Source of the DNA: a virus | Taxonomy: Duplodnaviria; Caudoviricetes | IMG/VR virus record: IMGVR_UViG_3300034109_000079 | Coordinates: 1 to 37,263 of that record | Reading direction: 5' to 3' (one strand) | Length of the DNA stretch: 37,263 nucleotides | In this document: in pieces, positions 32,781-37,263 of the stretch | How the letters are laid out: each line of letters begins with the position of its first letter | How positions within the stretch are numbered: position 1 is the first letter of the stretch | Translations under genes and position numbers: made by a program | The notes under the pieces: generated by a model | What the model was told of the DNA's origin: nothing | Database searches by the model: none | Seen by the model: the letters and a program-made list of their open reading frames with translations, nothing else

Positions 32781-33567
32781 CGATATATCCGTATGTTTTG
32801 TCTGCTGTAGCATTTGCCCAATGTGTAATAGTTGCCTCACCCTGTTGTTGTGTAGAAACATACAGGTTCGTTGTTGCTGATGGTGCTACATAATTCAATG
32901 TCGCAATAGCACTAGGAATAGATGGTCTAGTCGGACTCGTACTCGTTGGGAAATGCTCTAACGAAACACCTACATCGCTAGTCCTCCACATAAGCTCTAC
33001 ATAGTCACCAGCGTTCATTTCTAGAAAGAAATTCATGGCAGCAATCAAGTGACTAGGATCGCCCGTACTCTTTCTCGCTGGCATGTGAAATCGGCTATTA
33101 GACCCATCTACGTTCGTTCCATTCTTCCTAAACCAGATGTCTACATCCTGACCATCGTTAGTAGTGTTTTTATATTGAAAAGAGAACTGAATATTGTAAA
33201 TTCCATAATTCCTGACATTAAGACGAGAACTATTAGAAAGATAAACTCCATTGCTATAGTCTGTCGTATTAAACGTAACAGCATAGGCAGTTGTCGTATT
33301 AGCAGCAGTCTGGTCTGTGGTGTCCTGAAACGCTCCGTAAGGTGCTGAATCAGCCTCAGCAGCCGCAGATAAGGGTACGAAAAATATAAGGCTGTCAAAG
33401 CCTATACGGTCATCGTAAAGGGTAGTGCTAGTAGCGTTCCCTGTAGCTAACGTAATATCTCCGGTGTTATTCGTCTTGCCATTCATAGCACCACGAACAA
33501 CCTCAGCCACCTGTCTGGGATCAGACCCGAATACAGGTAACGTCTGGAACTGAACTCGCCTAGTCAT
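32770..33567 (-). CDS. Tail protein with inserted beta-sandwich (C1q/TNF-like) domain
   Basis: GKTNNTG.ITL N-terminus; PYGAFQD...GIYNIQFSFQ...GDYVELMW. Confidence 0.6.
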   Translation of the reverse strand: MTRRVQFQTLPVFGSDPRQVAEVVRGAMNGKTNNTGDITLATGNATSTTLYDDRIGFDSLIFFVPLSAAAEADSAPYGAFQDTTDQTAANTTTAYAVTFNTTDYSNGVYLSNSSRLNVRNYGIYNIQFSFQYKNTTNDGQDVDIWFRKNGTNVDGSNSRFHMPARKSTGDPSHLIAAMNFFLEMNAGDYVELMWRTSDVGVSLEHFPTSTSPTRPSIPSAIATLNYVAPSATTNLYVSTQQQGEATITHWANATADKTYGYIVVG

Positions 33568-34988
33568 CGAGTACCCTGCTTAAATACGTCTACTTCCATC
33601 CCTACAGCGGTTTTCCAGTTAGCTCCTGTCGGAGTCAATCTGAGCCTGTGGTATTCACCGTTAGACCGTAACGAAATACGGTTCTCAGCATCGGCAGCAG
33701 TTTCCTGATAGAACTCCACCACATCACTAAGTAAATCCCTGCTGGAAATCGCCACAGACGCACTACCGTTGTCCACAATCGGCTTAGCCAAAGTCACCGT
33801 AGAACGACCTATCGAGATGTCTCCAGTCGTGATATTCGCTGTCTTAGGCTGTCCTGAGAAGGAAATAATCTTGCTGCCAGATACACCAGCAAATAACAAT
33901 CGACCACCTGCAAATACCGGAGAATCTAGAGGAATCTCTAGTAAATCAAGGTTACTGTTGTAGTTATCTACCTGCTCCAATGTTGCTGAAGGAGTTAGCA
34001 CAAATGAAATAGAATCTGCTGTAGTCGTAGCATAAGACCAGCGGTCTAAATCAACTGAATAAATCAGAAAATACTTGTTATTAAATGTACCTGAAAACCG
34101 CCAAATTACTAATTTGCGAACAGGATCAACCGTAGAACTCATGCGATTTTTAATTTCGCCCGGAACAGCATTTTGAAAAAACCAGCGATTAACCCTTTCT
34201 GCGCCAATTCCCTTAATAGTTTGACCATCACAGACGTAAAAACCGTCATCTGCTAGGAAATAGGTCAATCCACCATACTGAGCAATAGAGCCGTTAGAAA
34301 TACAGCCTAGAGACCGTGAAATAGCGTCAAACTGGAAGAAAAACGGGCTACCAGCGTAGGTCATCCGGTAAATTGCTCTCTCTAGGAAGATTAGACCGTA
34401 TTCACCCCCTGCTAAACCAGTAATATCTCCACCATCAGGGATAATTTGAGTATCAGATTGACTCGCAGCCGAAGGAGTCCAGTCAGTTTCGTCGTTAATA
34501 TCCGACCAGTAGACCTTGTTTTCTTCACCACCTACGTTAGCAGCTACAACAAAATCTTTCACTACAGTAACAAACCTAGCCGTAGGCGCAGCAGCATCCA
34601 AATCAGCAAAATAAGTTGATGAACCTAGATCAAAAGCCTGTAATTTGTCCTGACCATTAGCCAAAATCATTTTAGAGCCGTACTGAGTAACATCCCAAGA
34701 TTCAACCGTAGCGTATCCAGTAGTCGTAGCCGCATCTAAGCTGGCATCAGAACTGTCAAACTTGTAAATTTGAGTCGCACCAGCAGCAAATAGCGTCGTA
34801 GCACTACCAATCTTGCCAGCAAACGTAATCAATAACGCCTGAGCAGCAGCATCCGAGTAATCTGCCTCACTAGGAAATGGCGCATATCCGTTAGCAACCG
34901 GATAACAGTTCTTTGCATCCGTTACAGCACCTGTTACTCCGGGCTGATCTGGTAGCCATTCACCAAAAGTTAGCTTTGTCGTAGCCAT
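33564..34988 (-). CDS. Tail nozzle / tubular protein B-like (beta-propeller)
   Basis: FGEWLPDQP start, WSDINDETDW, GGEYGLIFLE, LGCI..GSI..YGGLTYFLADDGFY. Confidence 0.78.
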   Translation of the reverse strand: MATTKLTFGEWLPDQPGVTGAVTDAKNCYPVANGYAPFPSEADYSDAAAQALLITFAGKIGSATTLFAAGATQIYKFDSSDASLDAATTTGYATVESWDVTQYGSKMILANGQDKLQAFDLGSSTYFADLDAAAPTARFVTVVKDFVVAANVGGEENKVYWSDINDETDWTPSAASQSDTQIIPDGGDITGLAGGEYGLIFLERAIYRMTYAGSPFFFQFDAISRSLGCISNGSIAQYGGLTYFLADDGFYVCDGQTIKGIGAERVNRWFFQNAVPGEIKNRMSSTVDPVRKLVIWRFSGTFNNKYFLIYSVDLDRWSYATTTADSISFVLTPSATLEQVDNYNSNLDLLEIPLDSPVFAGGRLLFAGVSGSKIISFSGQPKTANITTGDISIGRSTVTLAKPIVDNGSASVAISSRDLLSDVVEFYQETAADAENRISLRSNGEYHRLRLTPTGANWKTAVGMEVDVFKQGTR

Positions 34989-35743
34989 GTATCAGTTCCA
35001 GTAGGCTTTAATTCCCAAGTATTTGAACTTGGATTCGTATTTGTCCATGAGTCCGAACTTGCTGTAATAGCAGTCCAGACATCATTGCTTGCAGGAATGT
35101 CTGTCCAAACATTCGTTTCTGGTGTTATTGGCAACCATTCCTCGCCAACAATCATACCGTCAGCAGTTACCGTTACGCTAACAGCAATGCTGGCTATTGG
35201 GAAGTGGCTAACTGTTGCACTAGCCGTTACATCAGCCGTAGCATCAATAGAAGCATAGCCGCCTATTTGCCTAATACCACTTGCCGTAACCGTAGTTATG
35301 CACGTTATAGCCGCATTGCCATAACGAATGACAGTAGAATTAGATGTTACTGTTGCATTTCCGGTAACAGATGCAATACCGAAAATTGTGTAGTTACCTT
35401 GTGCGGTTACAGTTGCCGAACAAGAAACTGAACCATTACCAAGGACAGTCCTAAAGCCATTTGCTGTAACCGTCGCAGAAGCGTTTATAGCCCCGCTGAA
35501 GTGGACAATACGGTAAGCATCAGCAGTTACCGTAGCAGCACAAGAAATCGCCCCATTTGCGCTGTAATTGACTCTAGCAGCCGTTGTAACAGTAGCCGTA
35601 GCAGATACCGCTGCATTAGCTCTATGATCTACAAACGCTGATCCCGATACCGTTGCCGAGGCTGTAATAGACGCAGACGCTAATACAGGTCTGTCACCTG
35701 TACTAGCAAACGTACCAGCCGAAAACGGTATGAATCCAAACAT
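34970..35743 (-). CDS. Repeat-containing virion fibre protein
   Basis: Nine 20-aa ATVT repeats followed by six Trp residues at 10-aa spacing. Confidence 0.7.
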   Translation of the reverse strand: MFGFIPFSAGTFASTGDRPVLASASITASATVSGSAFVDHRANAAVSATATVTTAARVNYSANGAISCAATVTADAYRIVHFSGAINASATVTANGFRTVLGNGSVSCSATVTAQGNYTIFGIASVTGNATVTSNSTVIRYGNAAITCITTVTASGIRQIGGYASIDATADVTASATVSHFPIASIAVSVTVTADGMIVGEEWLPITPETNVWTDIPASNDVWTAITASSDSWTNTNPSSNTWELKPTGTDTWLRQS

Positions 35744-36069
35744 TACAATGCGCTAATCTGTGATGTTGTTAAAGCAGAAATATCGTCACTCGTTAATGCT
35801 GATACGTCTGTAGTCGTTACAGGTTGGACTTCCTCTATAGTCACATCCTGCGGCAAAGCATACTCAACCCATTGCTCACTAGACTGCGACCATGACCATT
35901 TGTAGCCATCACGGTCTTCTGGCTTAGGATCACGAATAACCCATCCCGGCGGATACCACCAGACCACCTCTTTGCCAGCAGGACAGTCAGGCGCATCAGG
36001 CACTTCTATCCAGCCCTCTGTGCCGTCCGTTTGCGGCTTTGGAACACTTCCGTTTTTAGAGTAGAGCAT
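35743..36069 (-). CDS. Trp/Pro-rich tail-fibre accessory protein
   Basis: 108 aa directly after the LamG protein; AAGGA RBS. Confidence 0.7.
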   Translation of the reverse strand: MLYSKNGSVPKPQTDGTEGWIEVPDAPDCPAGKEVVWWYPPGWVIRDPKPEDRDGYKWSWSQSSEQWVEYALPQDVTIEEVQPVTTTDVSALTSDDISALTTSQISAL

Positions 36070-36078
36070 GGTCAGTCC

Positions 36079-37130
36079 TTATTGCAGAACGAAGGCAGCA
36101 GTTGGAGTTGTTGTAACAGTCCTTGCAAAACCTCTTGTAATACGCAGGTCGTCGATGTAGCCGTTAAGCGCACTACCGCCAGTTCTATCTGCACCCACAT
36201 ACATTGAGTTTGTCTGGTTAAAATCGGTACTTACTGTACCTGTTCCATCATTAGTTCCGTTGATATAAATCTTGGTTTGGTTTGTTCCAGTACCTTCGCG
36301 CACAACAGCGATGTATGTCCATGTTGCTGACGATATAGTTCCGGTTGACGTTATCGTAGTAGAACCATGAGTAAAGACAACCTGATTGCTTGAATTCAAA
36401 GACACTAACCAACCCGTCGTAGCAGTACCCTTGCCAACTAACCCATAAGTTCCAGACGCATTGCGGTATACCCACATCTCAATCGTAAATGCACTAGTAC
36501 GAAACATCTGGTCAACGGTATGAGGCATTAACAACCAATCACCAGTTCCATCGAATGATATAGAGCTACCACCAAACTTACTCTGCGTCGTGCTTATCTG
36601 CGCTCCGCCTACTGTCTCTAGGTCGTTCTTGGCAGTAGCGTCTGTGATGCCAGCGTTGGTGTAGTTGAGGAGAAGCGAGGTGTTGGTGATCGCCGTTAAC
36701 GGCGCGGTAGGCACAGTAACCGATGCAAAGCCAGAGCCTATCAATACCCTAACACTAGAAATGTAACCAGTAAGAAAATCATTTGCTAGGGTAGAACCAC
36801 GAACAGCGATAGCTGGTCTTGCAGTTGCATTTGCAAAATTAGTTGAGTTTGAAACTGTAGAGCCGTCCTGCACACCGTTTACAAATAAACGAAGATTGCC
36901 GCTAACCCTTGATACCAGAACGTGTGTCCACGTATTTGCGGGTATTACCGTTGTTCCAGTAATTAACGCAGTTGCATCGACATAAAATACCGCAACATTA
37001 CTGGCATTTCTTTCAAATACAGGAAAATTTCCTGCGGTGGTATTGGGTCGTGCGTCGTATATTTTCATTGCCGATCCTGATGCAGTCGGATACACAAACG
37101 CCTCAAGAGAAAAATCACCACTACCAAAAG
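36079..37130 (-). CDS. 3' part of the LamG-domain receptor-binding protein (starts at 949)
   Basis: Two LamG-like domains: WTHVLVSRVSGNLRLFVNG...GYISSVR and FTIEMWVY...WTYIAVVR...NGYIDDLRITRG. Confidence 0.9.
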
Positions 37131-37263
37131 CAAGCGAAGAACCACCAGCGACTGTTAAATAATCGCTTCCATCAAAATACCCACTACCACCTACAGTAGC
37201 TGCGCTGTATGCAGCAGTAGGTAAGAATGGGCTGAATGCTTGGACGGATGTATCTCAACTAGG
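37131..37263. repeat. Terminal direct repeat, right copy
   Basis: Matches 1-133 with one mismatch at 37257. Confidence 0.97.

Noticed and set aside
26753-37199. Plus-strand and nested alternative-frame ORFs in the lysis and tail region
   Set aside because: They overlap strong genes and lack RBS or motif support, unlike the embedded Rz1 at 24083-24253.
1-37263. Stop-codon reassignment (TAG), suggested by the high TAG/CTAG content
   Set aside because: Long genes are intact under the standard code, TAG ends genes at sensible places (for example the scaffold gene at 4850), and no suppressor tRNA is seen.
36079-37263. Diversity-generating retroelement acting on the receptor-binding gene
   Set aside because: No reverse transcriptase is present, and the only duplicate is the terminal overlap with a single mismatch.

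Overview
The window looks like a complete, circularly permuted dsDNA phage genome of about 37,130 bp: bases 1-133 recur at 37131-37263 with one mismatch. The minus strand carries a podovirus-type morphogenesis block (terminase, portal, scaffold, DUF5309/SU10-type major capsid, adaptor, nozzle, putative ejection proteins, tail proteins and a LamG-type receptor-binding protein split across the contig ends). It also carries an expanded lysis cassette (GH19 endolysin, Rz with an unannotated embedded Rz1, so the host is Gram-negative) and a replication block (DUF1376/YdaU initiator, stand-alone CHC2 zinc finger, SF4 helicase). A cluster of modifying enzymes (ParB-DNA methylase, ADP-ribosyltransferase-like protein, GT2, SAM methyltransferase, O-acetyltransferase) lies next to the packaging genes. 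A short plus-strand early block at 20638-24026 has ERF, an SSB-like protein, MazG and HTH proteins. I found no integrase, CI-like repressor, DNA or RNA polymerase, tRNA or CRISPR array. The most striking unexplained signal is non-coding RNA structure. (i) Two sequence-divergent elements with the same architecture (16516-16618 and 20139-20241) each have a small 5' hairpin whose loop is complementary to a segment inside a downstream three-way-junction stem ending in a U-tract, resembling c4 antisense RNA. (ii) A 250-nt array of RNA modules at 22504-22752 contains two tandem bulged-G hairpins with compensatory changes, a pseudoknot, an anti-Shine-Dalgarno loop and a boxB-like hairpin. (iii) A 250-nt structured region lies at 16262-16512. 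All family assignments come from motif recognition by eye, not database searches.
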